This document shows, piece by piece, positions 51,272-64,000 of a DNA stretch of 64,000 nucleotides. The notes below the pieces were generated by a model that saw only the letters and a list, made by a program, of their open reading frames with translations, had not been told where the DNA came from and ran no database searches. Position numbers and translations under genes: made by a program. Origin of the DNA: Eledone cirrhosa (Eukaryota); contig OZ024744.1 in the NCBI GenBank assembly GCA_964016885.1, positions 49,724,001 to 49,788,000 of the forward strand, read 5' to 3'. Each line of letters begins with the position of its first letter. Position 1 is the stretch's first letter.

Positions 51272-54218
51272 AAACCACCCAGTCCATGCTGTAAATATGG
51301 CGGGGTGGTTTAGGGCCCCTGAGTCCAGTAAGACGACCTCTCTAATGCTGGTGGCACGATAAAAGCACCTAGTCCATGCTGTAAAATGGAGGGGTAGAGA
51401 GGGCCCCTGGGACCAGTACGACATCCTCTCTAGTGCTGGTGGAATGAATAAAAGTACCCAGTCCATGCTGTAAATTGGTGCTGGAGTTAAGAAGGGCATC
51501 AAACCAGTATATATACTACTGCCAAAAACTATGAGCACAACAATTGAGAATTGCAACGACTGCGTCAACAGCAATAACACTAACTAACCTTGTTAGGGCT
51601 GCGCACGGTAGTGGGTGGCTAGTGCGGCCATGTGCGAGAACCCCCCAACCGTCATTAAGCAATCGCACTACAGGAACAGGAAAAGGAACAAGAATATGAA
51701 GACGTCGCATCTCAGAGTTGCAACACTTAATGTTGGCACTCTCACAAGTAGATCTGGTGAGATAGTGGAGATGCTGGAGAAAAGGCATGTGGATGTATGC
51801 TGCATGCAAGAGGTGAGATGGAGAGGTACCTCTGCGAGACTAATCGCAGGCAAACATCTTAGTTATAAGCTTTTCTAGATAGGTAATGATGATGGATTGG
51901 GGAGTAACCATTTTCCTGGCTGAGAGATGGATCGATAAGACAATAGAGGTAGTTCTAGTTAATAATAGAATAATTAAGCTTAGATTAGTTGTAGGCAAGA
52001 GACTGCTGACAATCATCTCTGCCTATGCTCCCCAGGCAGGCCTAGGTAAAGAAGAGAAAGACTGCCTTTACGAGCAACTTTTACAAACAGCCGCAATGAC
52101 AGAGGACGGAGACATCGTTATGCTAGCAGGGGACTTCAATGGTCATGTTGGACAGCTCCAGGATGGATACACTGGGGTACATGGTGGGCACGGTTACGGC
52201 TCAAGAAATGAAGAAGACTTTTTGAATTTTGTGATGCAAAAAATCTTCCAACTACCTAATAACCTACAAATCAGGCGAACACATAAGCCAGATTGACTTC
52301 CTGCTAGTTAGACAGTGAGACAGACGGGAAGATCAGAGACGGGTGGTGTTCCGCATTGCAAGGCAGTGTGTCAGTGCAAATCAGGATGTTGTTGGAGATA
52401 AATGTGTCCGGAATGATGCCGGTATAGTTAGTGTCACGAATGATCAGTAAAAGGAGGCCTGGAAATGTCATTATGAGAGACTGATGAATGTGGAGAACGA
52501 ATGGGAGAGAGAGAAATTACCCTCAGTAGATCCGACAGAGGAACCAGTTATTGAGATTGGCGAATATAGGGTGCAAGAGGCGATTAAGAAAATGAAAAAT
52601 GGTAAGGCCGCTGGGCCGTCGAGGATAGTTGCTGAGATGCTGAAGGCGTCAGGGGACGTAAGGCACTAAACTGGTTGCACGCATCATCAAGTAGGCTATA
52701 TATGGCGGTGTCATACCTAGAGGCTGGTACAGCAGTATTCTCATAAATTGCTACAAAGGTAAATGGGATGCTCTGGAGAGGAGAAATTATAGGGGCATAA
52801 AACTGATGGATCACGTCATGAAAGTGGCAGAAAGGATATTAGCGCAACTAATTAGAGAAAGGGTCAAACTAGATGAGATGCAGTTTGGTTTTGTGCCTGG
52901 GAAGAGTACAACAGATACCCTCTTCTTATTGAAACAATTACAAGAGGAGTTCTTAGAGAAGAATAAGCCACTACACTCAGCTTTTGTTGACCTAGATAAG
53001 GCCTTTGATAGGATACCCCGATCTGTCATCTGGTGGTCTCTAAGGAAACTGGGTGTTGAAGAATGGCTTGTGAGGACATGTCAGTAAAGTGAGGGTAGGA
53101 ATGGAGTTTAGTGAGGAATTCCAGATACAAGTAGGAGTACATCAGGGTTTGGTCCTCAGTCCGCTCTTATTCATTTTAGTCCTATAAGCCATAACAGGGG
53201 AGTTTAAGACTGGCTGTCCATGGGAACTTCTCTATGCTGGTTCTTATAGCAGAATCAGTAGAGGAGCTGGAGAATAAATTCTGGCTATGGAAACAGCAGT
53301 TGGAATCAAGAGGACTGAGAGTGAACCTAGCTAAGACAAAAGTGTTGATAAGTAGAAAAGAGGACAAAACTCTGATTCCGTCAGGGAAATGGCCATGTTT
53401 GATATGTAGAAAAGGAACTGTTATAAATTCTATAAAATGTACACAATGCAGAACCTTGGTACACAAGAGATGTAGTGGAATAGCAGGCAAACTAACAGGT
53501 AGGGAGAAATATGTATGCAGTAGATGTACAGGGAAATTTGACAGTAGTAGTCGCATTGATAGACACATTTTTCCAATGGAGGTGGGTGCTATAGAAGTAG
53601 TTGATAGCTTCCGGTACATAGGTGATCAGATTAGCATGGGAGGGGGTATTCCGGGGTCATAGTATCTAGAATAAGGATGGGTTGGAAGAAGTTTAGGGAG
53701 CTGCTTCCTCTGCTGACGAAGAAAGGTTTCTCCCTGCGTACGAAAGGCGGGTTATATGATGCCTGTGTGAGGTGCGTGATGTTGCATGGTAATGAGATAT
53801 GGCCAGCAACTGCATAGGATATACGATGGCTGGAGAGAAATGAGGCAAGCATGCTCCGTTGTATGTGCAATGTCAATGTGCATGAACAGCCGAGCATGGA
53901 TGTGTTGAGAGAGAAACTGTGTCTGAGAGGGATAAATTGTTGTGTGCAAAAGAGGAGTCTGCGATGGTATGGACATGTGATGCGCATGGAGGATGACCGC
54001 TGGGTGAAGAAGTGCCAAGAAATTCCAGTTGAAGGAAGACGTAGTAGAGGAAGACCACGAAAAAGATGGGCGGATGTGGTGAGAGCAGACCTCAGATCGC
54101 TGTAGCTCACGGTGGAGATGAAGATGGACCGTGACAAGTTGAAAGATTCTGTGTTGAATAGGACCCGTCCCACGCTTGCAAGCAGGTAAAAGCGGACGTA
54201 AAATGATGATGATGATGA
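51270..54218 (+). mobile_element. Degenerate RTE-clade LINE (APE + RT + Cys-rich insert) ending in (GAT)n
   Basis: VATLNVGTL, QEVRW, SAYAPQ, GDFNGHVG, QFGFVPGKSTTD, AFVDLDKAFD, LRWYGHVMR and RGRPRKRW. ~80-bp repeats in the 5' UTR. Confidence 0.85.
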
Positions 54219-54595
54219 TATATATATATATCATATATATCATCATTATTTTACGTCCGCTTTTCCCTGCTTGCAAGGGTGGGACGAGAACTGATTCTGG
54301 CTTGATTTCTACAGCTGGATGCCCTTCCTAACACCAACCTCATTTACAGTGAGTGCTGGGTGCTTTTTTGCGTGGAACCTCCACGACCACTTTGCAGTGG
54401 AATGATAGGGATCCCTATCATCTCATTTCTACAGCTGAGAAAACTAGAGCATTGTGAAATAAAGTGTCTTGCTCAAGGAAACAACACATCACCCGGTCTG
54501 AGAATTGAACTCACAACCTTTCAATTGCAAGGCCAATGCTCTAACCACTATGATTGAACAAGGAAGCCTCTTTCTCAACAGGTTTTAGTTCAATG

Positions 54596-54726
<131 letters not shown>

Positions 54727-54781
54727 TAAAATAACAGATTAAAGTTTAAGCAAAGAATCGCTGCTTCAAATTTATTATTAT

Positions 54782-54818
<37 letters not shown>

Positions 54819-54868
54819 TAACAGATTAAAGTTTAAGCAAAGAATCGCTGCTTCAAATTTATTATTAT

Positions 54869-54931
<63 letters not shown>

Positions 54932-54937
<6 letters not shown>

Positions 54938-56188
54938 CATTGAACTAAAACCTGTTGAGAAAGTGGCTTCCTTGTTCAATCAACTTACCAGAAGCCTGAC
55001 ATTATTTATGTAAGCGGACGGTACTTGATTTTTGAGCCGCAGAAACCCAAATACTGGATTTTACCAACCTTCCAGGGGTCCGGATAAATTTTCAATACCC
55101 GAATTACTTGATCGTTTTTTTTGGCTATGCGAATGATTGTTTAACCATCGTCTCAGTGTGTTTGGCCTTTAACGTTTGTTATAGCTCTGGTTCATCTGAA
55201 TCATTGAGCACTTGCCACACATCTCGGAGGTTGTTTTTCGTTATTTCGTGGGCCGAAATGCGATACTCGATAATTTATGTTTGTATTTATCTCCAGACTC
55301 TAGCTATGGACCAGTTAATTTTCTTGATTTTTTAGTTGATTCTATTCACTGATGAATAGCTTATGTTAATTTTAACCCTTCTGCTGAGAACTCTATTCTA
55401 TTTGTCATGTTTTTGCATGCTTGCAAAAATATACACAACTGAATTTATTCGCCTGATATAGGGGCTGCCTCCCTTGCCGATCCCCACGTGGAGTCAGCAA
55501 TAGTCAGTCCTTGTATTAACATTGAACTAAAACCTGTTGAGAAAGTGACTTCCTTGTTAAATCATCTTACCAGAAGCCTGACATTATTTATGTAAGCGGA
55601 CGGTACTTGATTTAGAAGCCGCAGAAACCCAAATACTGGATTTTACCAACCTTCCAAGGGTCCGGGTAAATTTTCAATACCCGAATTACTCGATCGTTTT
55701 TTTGGCTATGCGAATGATTGTTTAACCATCGTCTCAGTGCGTTTGGCCTTTAACGTTTGTTATAGCTCTGGTTCATCTGATTCATTGAGCACTTGCCACA
55801 CATCTCGGAGGTTGTTTTTCGTTATTTCGTGGGCCGAAATGCGAATCTCAATAATTTATGTTTGTATTTATCTCCAAGCTCTAGCTATTGACCAGTTAAT
55901 TTTCTTGATTTTTAGTTGATTCTATTGACTGATGAATAGCTTATATTAATTTTAACCCTTCTGTTGAGAACTCTATTCGATTTGTGATGTTTTTGCATTC
56001 TTGCAAAAATATACACAACTGAATTTATTCGCCTGATATAGGGGCTGCCTCCCTTGCCGATCCCCACGTGGAGTCAGCAATAGTCAGTCCTTGTATTAAC
56101 ATTGAACTAAAACCTGTTGAGAAAGTGGCTTCCTTGTTCAATCATCTTACCAGAAGAATGACATTATTTATGTAAGCGGACGGTACTT
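54932..56188. repeat. Tandem repeat: 2 units of ~581 bp plus a ~95-bp tail, with an inverted 48-bp piece at 54552-54600
   Basis: tattaacattgaactaaaacctg recurs at 54932, 55514 and 56094. Confidence 0.9.
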
Positions 56189-56190
56189 GC

Positions 56191-56264
<74 letters not shown>

Positions 56265-56318
56265 CATACATATATATATACATACATACATACATACATA
56301 CATACATACATACATACA

Positions 56319-56352
<34 letters not shown>

Positions 56353-56359
56353 AATAAAT

Positions 56360-56462
56360 GGAGGCACATGGCTTAGTGGTTAGAGCATTGGCCTTGCAAT
56401 CGAAAGGTTGTGAGTTCAATTCTCAGACCGGGTGATGTGTTGTTTCCTTGAGCAAGACACTT
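56360..56462 (+). mobile_element. tRNA-derived SINE head with CORE/V-like segment (inverted copy at 54436-54552)
   Basis: A box tggcttagtgg, B box gagttcaattc, then ccttgagcaagacactt. Confidence 0.7.
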
Positions 56463-56475
56463 GCCATGTGCCTCC

Positions 56476-56558
<83 letters not shown>

Positions 56559-56559
56559 C

Positions 56560-58645
56560 TATGATCTTTCTATCCCATATTACGAACCATTTTCCCCCTA
56601 CACATAAATATAGTAACATTTTTAATAGAAATACTATTAAAATTTCTTACTCTACGACTCCTAACCTTGCACATAACATCACAGCTTCAAATTTAGCTAA
56701 ATTACCTAGACGTAGGAACACGTGCAACCCTGTAGTTAGTACTAATTGTAATTGTAGGAATCGGGTCGATTGTCCCCTTTCCGGGAAATGCCTCTCTAGT
56801 AACATTGTCTACAAATGTAATGTTGAAACACCCACGTCCCGTAGGGCCTACATAGGGTTAACCGCCAATAGATTCAAGCAGCGTCTTTACATGCTTACCC
56901 ATTCTTTTCGTTACCCTTTAAGAAGGAAGATGACGTCACTTTCAGCTTATATCTGGAGTCTAAAAGACAACCACACCCAATATAAGTTACACTGGGAGAT
57001 CCTAGCTAAGGCTAGATCGTATAACGGCAATAAGAGACCATGGGACCTCTGCGCCGCTGAGGCCCTGGAAATACTCTACGCCATAGACCACATCTTAAAC
57101 AAAAATTCTGAGGCAATTTCGGCTTGTAAACATAAATTGCACAAAACTTTCCTGTATTACAGCCCCACATTATACCCTAATGGATAGTACGATCTATACG
57201 TGGATATTTTACGTCTTGATGTGGGAGCTAAGTATATGTTATGTTTATACTATTACTTATTTGCATAGGTAAGTATATATTACCCGTATGTTTTGTGAAG
57301 GTACGTATACTTTCTCGTACGTATATTTGATTGTATATGTTATGGCGTATATTTTATATATTCTGGTACATATGCTTTTGGTTATGTGTATACGTGAGTT
57401 TTGCGTCTGTGTGAGTATGCGGGTTCGTACGTATGTAGGGTGTGTGTATATGTGTACTTCGTGTTTTGGTTGACGTACGTCTCCAATCATTTGTGTATTT
57501 ACATGTAGGTATGTGTGTGCGCTTGTTATATACGTATTTATTCATTTTTATACGTTTATTTAATTATTTATTTATTTGTATACACGCACACGCGCACACA
57601 CATATTTATATGTGCGTGTTTTTGTATACCTATGGCGAGTGTTTTCGCGTAGGCTCGTGTATGTATGTATTTATTTAATTTCAATTACCTCTGTATTTTA
57701 TTTACTATTCTTAACTCTGAAGCCGAGAATCATTCGGTTTCCTAGTTAGAATTTTAGTCTACGACTTCAGTTATACCATTTACGGTGTTTTGTCTTTGTG
57801 TGCAATTGTTCTCCACGCTCTACATATGACGTATTATCTTCGTTTTTTCCCTTCATTGCCAGAGAACGTCTCTATGAACCACCTAAGAGAACATTAGTCT
57901 ACGACTTCTTTTATACCATAAGCGTGGTTCTGTCTTTGCGTGTAATTGTTTTTCACCGCTCCAATTAATGACGTATTATATTCGTTTTTTCCCGTTCTTT
58001 GCCAGGGAACGTTTCCACGAACCAAAGTATCGTCTTCTTGTCTTCCTCCGGCTGCAACGTTTTTTGAAATATTCATTTCTGCGATCACAGATTGACTTTG
58101 TTAGTTTCAGAAGATCCCGTTAAGGGTGAAAGCAGCGATTCTTTGCTTAAACTTTAATCTGTTATTTTAATAAATATTTGCTCTACGGTTTTTATATATT
58201 TGATATATATTTATCCTTATCGAGCCCTCTTTGGATTTTAGTCTTCAAATTTATTATTATTACTATATAAATTACACAAAACTTTCCTGTATTACAGCCC
58301 CACGTTATACCCTAAGGGATAGTACGATCTATACGTGGATATTTTACGTCTTGATGTGGTAGCAAAGTATATGTTTTATTTGCATAGGGAACGTTTCCAC
58401 GAACCAAAGTATCGTCTTCCTGTCTTCCTCCGGTTGCAACGTTTTTTGAAATATCCACTTCTGCGTTTACAGATTGACTTTGTTAGTTTCAGAAGATCCC
58501 GTTGGGGGTGAGGGCAGCGGTTCTTTGCTTGAACTTTAATCTGTTATTTTAATAAATATTTGCTCTACGGTTCTTATATATTTGATATATATTTATCCTT
58601 ATCGGGCCCTCTTTGGATTTTAGTCTTCAAATTTATTATTATTAC

Positions 58646-58650
<5 letters not shown>
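56560..58650 (+). mobile_element. PLE 3' fragment (GIY-YIG) followed by family-B pseudo-LTR and a deleted tandem copy
   Basis: CNCRNRVDCPLSGKCLSSNIVYKC..AYIGLTANRFKQR...LNKNSE..CKH, stop at 57187. HHR-like motifs at ~58088-58161 and ~58470-58543. Confidence 0.85.
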
Positions 58651-58678
<28 letters not shown>

Positions 58679-58782
58679 TAGAAGCTTTCACCGTTTTTTT
58701 TACTATAGAGATTCTAGCCTGATAGTGGGGTTTTAAACCCCACCATAAGGCTAGAATCTCTTTAGTCATATATATATATATA

Positions 58783-61700
58783 TGATGAAGGACTTACTTT
58801 TTCATATGCACCACCATTTGCAACGCGCAGCCATCATTATTATCATATTTACACATAATTTTTCTTCTGCTGCCACCCGTCTGTTTCGTTCTTTGTACCT
58901 TTTACCCTTTCTCGTTCTTTGTACCTTTTACCCTTTCTAGCAGTCTCTCTCTCTGTTAGCCTCCTCCTCAACTTTCACTCACTCATTCTCTGTCACTACC
59001 TCTCCTCCTCCTCTTTCCTCCTCCTCCTTCAAGTTTGACCTGTGTGTAATTCTTTCTTTTCTCGCGCGGTCTTGGTCAAGCTGGTATGGAATTTTTTTCT
59101 CTCTCTCTCTCTTTCGTCTGCGACTTCACAAAACTTATGTTTACCGAATTCGTAGACCAGACCCTCTTCTTCTTCTTCTTCTTCTTCTTCTTCTTCTTCT
59201 TCTTCTTCTTCTTCTTCTTCTTCTTCTTCTTCTTCTTCTTCTTCTTCTTCTTCTTCTTCTTCTTCTTCTTCTTCTTCTTCTTCTTTTTCTTCCCCCCGTT
59301 AGACCTGTGCGAAATTCCTTCCTTGCTCACATTTCAACCAGGTTTGATGGTCTTTTGTCTCTTGTTCACGATTTCACCGAGTTTATATTCATAGAGATCT
59401 GGGACTTGTCTATTTCTTCTCACTTTCCGTTGCTTAAACCATTTTGTTTGTTACCCTAACGTCCCCTTTATTTACGTGTCCCAACGACTTTTTTTTAGCC
59501 GTTGTTCGCACCAACCTGAGGCATATGGCCCTTAAAGCGATGAAATGCCCGGGACGGTTGGAGGGTCACTGATGAAGGACTTACTTTTTCATATGCACCA
59601 CCATTTGCAACGCGCAGCCATCATTATTATCATATTTACACATAATTTTTCTTCTGCTGCCACCCGTCTGTTTCGTTCTTTGTACCTTTTACCCTTTCTC
59701 GTTCTTTGTACCTTTTACCCTTTCTAGCAGTCTCTCTCTCTGTTAGCCTCCTCCTCAACTTTCACTCACTCATTCTCTGTCACTACCTCTTCTCCTCCTC
59801 TTTCCTCCTCCTCCTTCAAGTTTGACCTGTGTGTAATTCTTTTCTCGCGCGGTCTTGGTCAAGCTGGTATGGAATTTTTTTCTCTCTCTCTCTCTTTCGT
59901 CTGCGACTTCACAAAACTTATGTTTACCGAATTCGTAGACCAGACCCCTTCTTCTTCTTCTTCTTCTTCTTCTTCTTCTTCTTCTTCTTCTTCTTCTTCT
60001 TCCCCCCGTTAGACCTGTGCGAAATTCCTTCCTTGCTCACATTTCAACCAGGTTTGATGGTCTTTTGTCTCTTGTTCACGATTTCACCGAGTTTATATTC
60101 ATAGAGATCTGGGACTTGTCTATTTCTTCTCACTTTCCGTTGCTTAAACCATTTTGTTTGTTACCCTAACGTCCCCTTTATTTACGTGTCCCAACGACTT
60201 TTTTTTAGCCGTTGTTCGCACCAACCTGAGGCATATGGCCCTTAAAGCGATGAAATGCCCGGGACGGTTGGAGGGTCACTGATGAAGGACTTACTTTTTC
60301 ATATGCACCACCATTTGCAACGCGCAGCCATCATTATTATCATATTTACACATAATTTTTCTTCTGCTGCCACCCGTCTGTTTCGTTCTTTGTACCTTTT
60401 ACCCTTTCTCGTTCTTTGTACCTTTTACCCTTTCTAGCAGTCTCTCTCTCTGTTAGCCTCCTCCTCAACTTTCACTCACTCATTCTCTGTCACTACCTCT
60501 TCTCCTCCTCTTTCCTCCTCCTCCTTCAAGTTTGACCTGTGTGTAATTCTTTTCTCGCGCGGTCTTGGTCAAGCTGGTATGGAATTTTTTTCTCTCTCTC
60601 TCTCTTTCGTCTGCGACTTCACAAAACTTATGTTTACCGAATTCGTAGACCAGACCCCTTCTTCTTCTTCTTCTTCTTCTTCTTCTTCTTCTTCTTCTTC
60701 TTCTTCTTCTTCTTCTTCTTCTTCTTCTTCTTCTTCTTCTTCTTCTTCTTCTTCTTCCCCCCGTTAGACCTGTGCGAAATTCCTTCCTTGCTCACATTTC
60801 AACCAGGTTTGATGGTCTTTTGTCTCTTGTTCACGATTTCACCGAGTTTATATTCATAGAGATCTGGGACTTGTCTATTTCTTCTCACTTTCCGTTGCTT
60901 AAACCATTTTGTTTGTTACCCTAACGTCCCCTTTATTTACGTGTCCCAACGACTTTTTTTAGCCGTTGTTCGCACCAACCCGAGGCATATGACCCTTAAA
61001 GCGATGAAATGCCTGGGACGGTTGGAGGGTCACTGATGAAGGACTTACTTTTTCATATGCACCACCATTTGCAACGCGCAGCCATCATTATTATCATATT
61101 TACACATAATTTTTCTTCTGCTGCCACCCGTCTGTTTCGTTCTTTGTACCTTTTACCCTTTCTCGTTCTTTGTACCTTTTACCCTTTCTAGCAGTCTCTT
61201 TCTCTGTTAGCCTCCTCCTCAACTTTCACTCACTCATTCTCTGTCACTACCTCTTCTCCTCCTCTTTCCTCCTCCTCCTTCAAGTTTGACCTGTGTGTAA
61301 TTCTTTTCTCGCGCGGTCTTGGTCAAGCTGGTATGGAATTTTTTTCTCTCTCTCTCTTTCGTCTGCGACTTCACAAAACTTATGTTTACCGAATTCGTAG
61401 ACCAGACCCCTTCTTCTTCTTCTTCTTCTTCTTCTTCTTCTTCTTCTTCTTCTTCTTCTTCTTCTTCTTCTTCTTCTTCTTCTTCTTCTTCTTCTTCTTC
61501 TTCTTCTTCTTCTTCTTCTTTTTCTTCCCCCCGTTAGACCTGTGCGAAATTCCTTCCTTGCTCACATTTCAACCAGGTTTGATGGTCTTTTGTCTCTTGT
61601 TCACGATTTCACCGAGTTTATATTCATAGAGATCTGGGACTTGTCTATTTCTTCTCACTTTCCGTTGCTTAAACCATTTTGTTTGTTACCCTAACGTCCC

Positions 61701-61865
61701 CTTTATTTACGTGTCCCAACGACTTTTTTTAGCCGTTGTTCGCACCAACCTGAGGCATATGGCCCTTAAAGCGATGAAATGCCCGGGACGGTTGGAGGGT
61801 CACTGATGAAGGACTTACTTTTTCATATGCACCACCATTTGCAACGCGCAGCCATCATTATTATT
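58783..61865. repeat. Tandem array: 4 units (787, 710, 754, 770 bp) plus a ~60-bp tail, inserted in (TA)n
   Basis: tgatgaaggacttac recurs at 58783, 59570, 60280, 61034 and 61804. Length differences come mainly from an internal (TTC)n. Confidence 0.95.
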
Positions 61866-63506
61866 ATATATATATATATATACATATATATGAGATTAAA
61901 AAAGATAAACACAAAAATACAATTACACAAAAACCTTATTAGTTTCATGCTTGTTTGAAAAGAGAAAATGAATCCCTCAACGTATCCAACATTGATCCTT
62001 CACCAGGATGAGTAAACTTAGGAGAAAGAGGGTGTTGGAAGATTGGAGAAATAAAAGTTTTATCAGAATAAGTGAAGTGAGCAGGAAAGTAGTCAAACAT
62101 GCAGGGGTGAGTACCGAGCTGGTTGTGGTCTAACCTAGTCTATCATTGGTACTGATATATGTATGCAGATGTGGTGCATTTTGTGAGTGTGCATGTTGTT
62201 TTTATTTTTAGTTTGTGTTCATGTGTGGTTGTGTATGTATGTTGGAGTGGTGTGTATGTGACAGGATGTATTTTCAATTTGTGTGTATGTGTTTCAGTGT
62301 GTGTTTTTATTAGTATATAGGTGTATGTGTATGTTCTTTGCATATGTGTTTGTGTATGAGTGTGTACGAGTGTGTATGTATATATGTGTATGTTTATGTG
62401 TAAGTGTGTGTGTGAGAGAGAGAGATTGTGTGTGTATATATATATATGTGTGTGTGTTTATGGATGAGCGTGAGTGTGTGTGCAACTGAGTGAGTTTGTG
62501 TGAAATATTAATGTGTATAAGCATATGTGTCTGTGTGGATTTGTGTGTATGTGTGTCTGCTTGTCTGTCTGAATATGTGTGCATGCATGTCTGTGTGTGT
62601 GTGTGTGTGATATCCCAAACCCTGTATTCTATGCAGAATGTCAAAGTCGGTAGAGAAAGTCAATATACGTACCTTGGAAAGATAAATTTGTGTGTCTGTG
62701 TGTCTGTGTGTGGTGTTCATTAGATCAGAATACTTTGTGGTAAATCAAACTGACCAATGCTAAAAGAGATGCTCACCTCTCATTTGAACAAGGCCCAGCT
62801 ACACATACCCACAAATAGGGCAAGGATCTATTCAAAACCTGAGCTTGTTCAGTAGCAATTTCCCAGACAAGGCTACCCCTCCATGTAAGTACATTTACTC
62901 TATCTAAATCCATTCTTCCACCAAAGATCCTTTCTTCCTTCATTCCTAAATCCCTGTGATTCTTCTTCTCATTTATATATATATATATGCTGGAGATTAA
63001 GAATGCTTTTATTTATTTATTTATTTATTTATATTATACAACTTATGAATGTATTTGTGATAAGTATGTGTGTTTACAAAGGTGTATAAGCCATATAGGT
63101 GCTTATTCTATTTATGTGTGTGTATGTGTATAATTATGTGTATACACATATATACACAACTCCAAGAAAGGTGCCAGGAGCAGCACAGCGACCTATTCGT
63201 AACATTCATTGATTTGATTAAGGCATTTGATACTGTCAGCAGAGATGGCCTATGGAAAATAATAGAAAAGGTAAAAATTCAAATATATATATGGAGAATT
63301 ATAAATGATAGTATATAATTGCTAAACAGTTTCCGAATTAGCTCAATGTGTTTATATATCATTGGTCTGAAGAGAAAGTAGATATTTTAGGGAGAAAAGT
63401 TGGAAAGGTAGACATAAACACAGAGCAAATATAATCAAATATATAGATGGGAAAATTAGTTTTTAAATCATTTTAAAATGTAGATATTTGGTATGTCAAT
63501 AGATAG

Positions 63507-64000
63507 ATTTCTTTATTAGCCACAAGGGCGCAACAAGAAAGGGGACAATACAAAGACATGCCGGGGATTTTACATACAGTCGTGTAAAAAATATAAAAAC
63601 AAACAATTTCAACAATCGAAATCCCCAATAGGGGGGAGGCGCCACAAATGGGTTGTTTAATACCCCGTCGATAGAACAACCCTCAACCCAAGGAGCGTGT
63701 TGTGCAAGTGCTCCTTTCTTCCTTTTGCTCTCTTCCTCAACCTACAGGCTTATAAACAGAGAAGGCCCAATCACTCGGGCCATTTTCGCTTCATTCACCC
63801 ACCTTTCAGTAAATTTACTGGGGTGCAGTGCCTCTCTCTCCACCCTGATTCTCCTTCTAAAGTGATACTTAAAGAAGGGAATCAATTGTTGTCCGGAGAG
63901 AAAGGCATCTGTCCTCAGTCCTCTCAACCTCGTCCACCATATAACTTCTTTCACCATAGCCACCGTACAGAGGAAAACCGCCTCTCTTTCGTTTTTGAAA
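63507..64000 (-). mobile_element. L1/Tx1-like LINE 3' end, related to 5672-7273
   Basis: ORF 63742-63963 is similar to the C-terminus of ORF 5988-7124, and shares the gcccttgtgg(c/t)aataaagaaa terminus. Confidence 0.8.

Noticed and set aside
55440-55520. HDV-like ribozyme on the minus strand (uccacgu...ggcaa...ggcgaau)
   Set aside because: P3 gives only one pair and there is no convincing P1 partner.
56360-56432. tRNA gene
   Set aside because: The acceptor stem does not close and it continues into a SINE body; it is a SINE head.
59505-59580. Twister or pistol ribozyme interpretation of the array motif (GAGGG; GCCCUUAAAGCG)
   Set aside because: No UAA cleavage loop/P1 for twister and no P1/P3-GU arrangement for pistol; the hammerhead elements fit in exact register instead.
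59076-61629. Poly-F/poly-K/poly-S ORFs in the tandem array
   Set aside because: Products of the variable (TTC)n tract; frames differ between units.
58783-61865. CRISPR-like array
   Set aside because: Units are long and near-identical with no unique spacers, in a eukaryotic context.

Overview
Eukaryotic, repeat-saturated DNA with no recognisable host gene. The SINE families and microsatellite content suggest a cephalopod (octopod); this is an inference. Contents: one apparently intact, very young CsRn1-clade Ty3/Gypsy LTR element nested in an L1/Tx1 fragment; several R4/Dong-like RLE LINEs inserted at (TAA)n, one with a full 1130-aa ORF; degenerate Penelope-like (PLE, RT + GIY-YIG) elements; RTE, CRE-like, Helitron and Merlin fragments; and tRNA-derived SINEs. 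The most striking unannotated signal is non-coding. At least nine unrelated hammerhead-ribozyme (HHR) motifs sit in PLE pseudo-LTRs, foldbacks and ORF-less units inserted in (TA)n. They include two U3:A8 core variants, a family with a fixed U4A core, one HHR split across a repeat junction, and an A-to-G hypermutated copy. In a ~750-bp tandem array (58.8-61.9 kb), all hammerhead core elements occur in a strand order that fits none of types I/II/III, a candidate pseudoknotted/permuted hammerhead retrozyme. All structures were read by eye and not computed; coordinates of degenerate elements are approximate.
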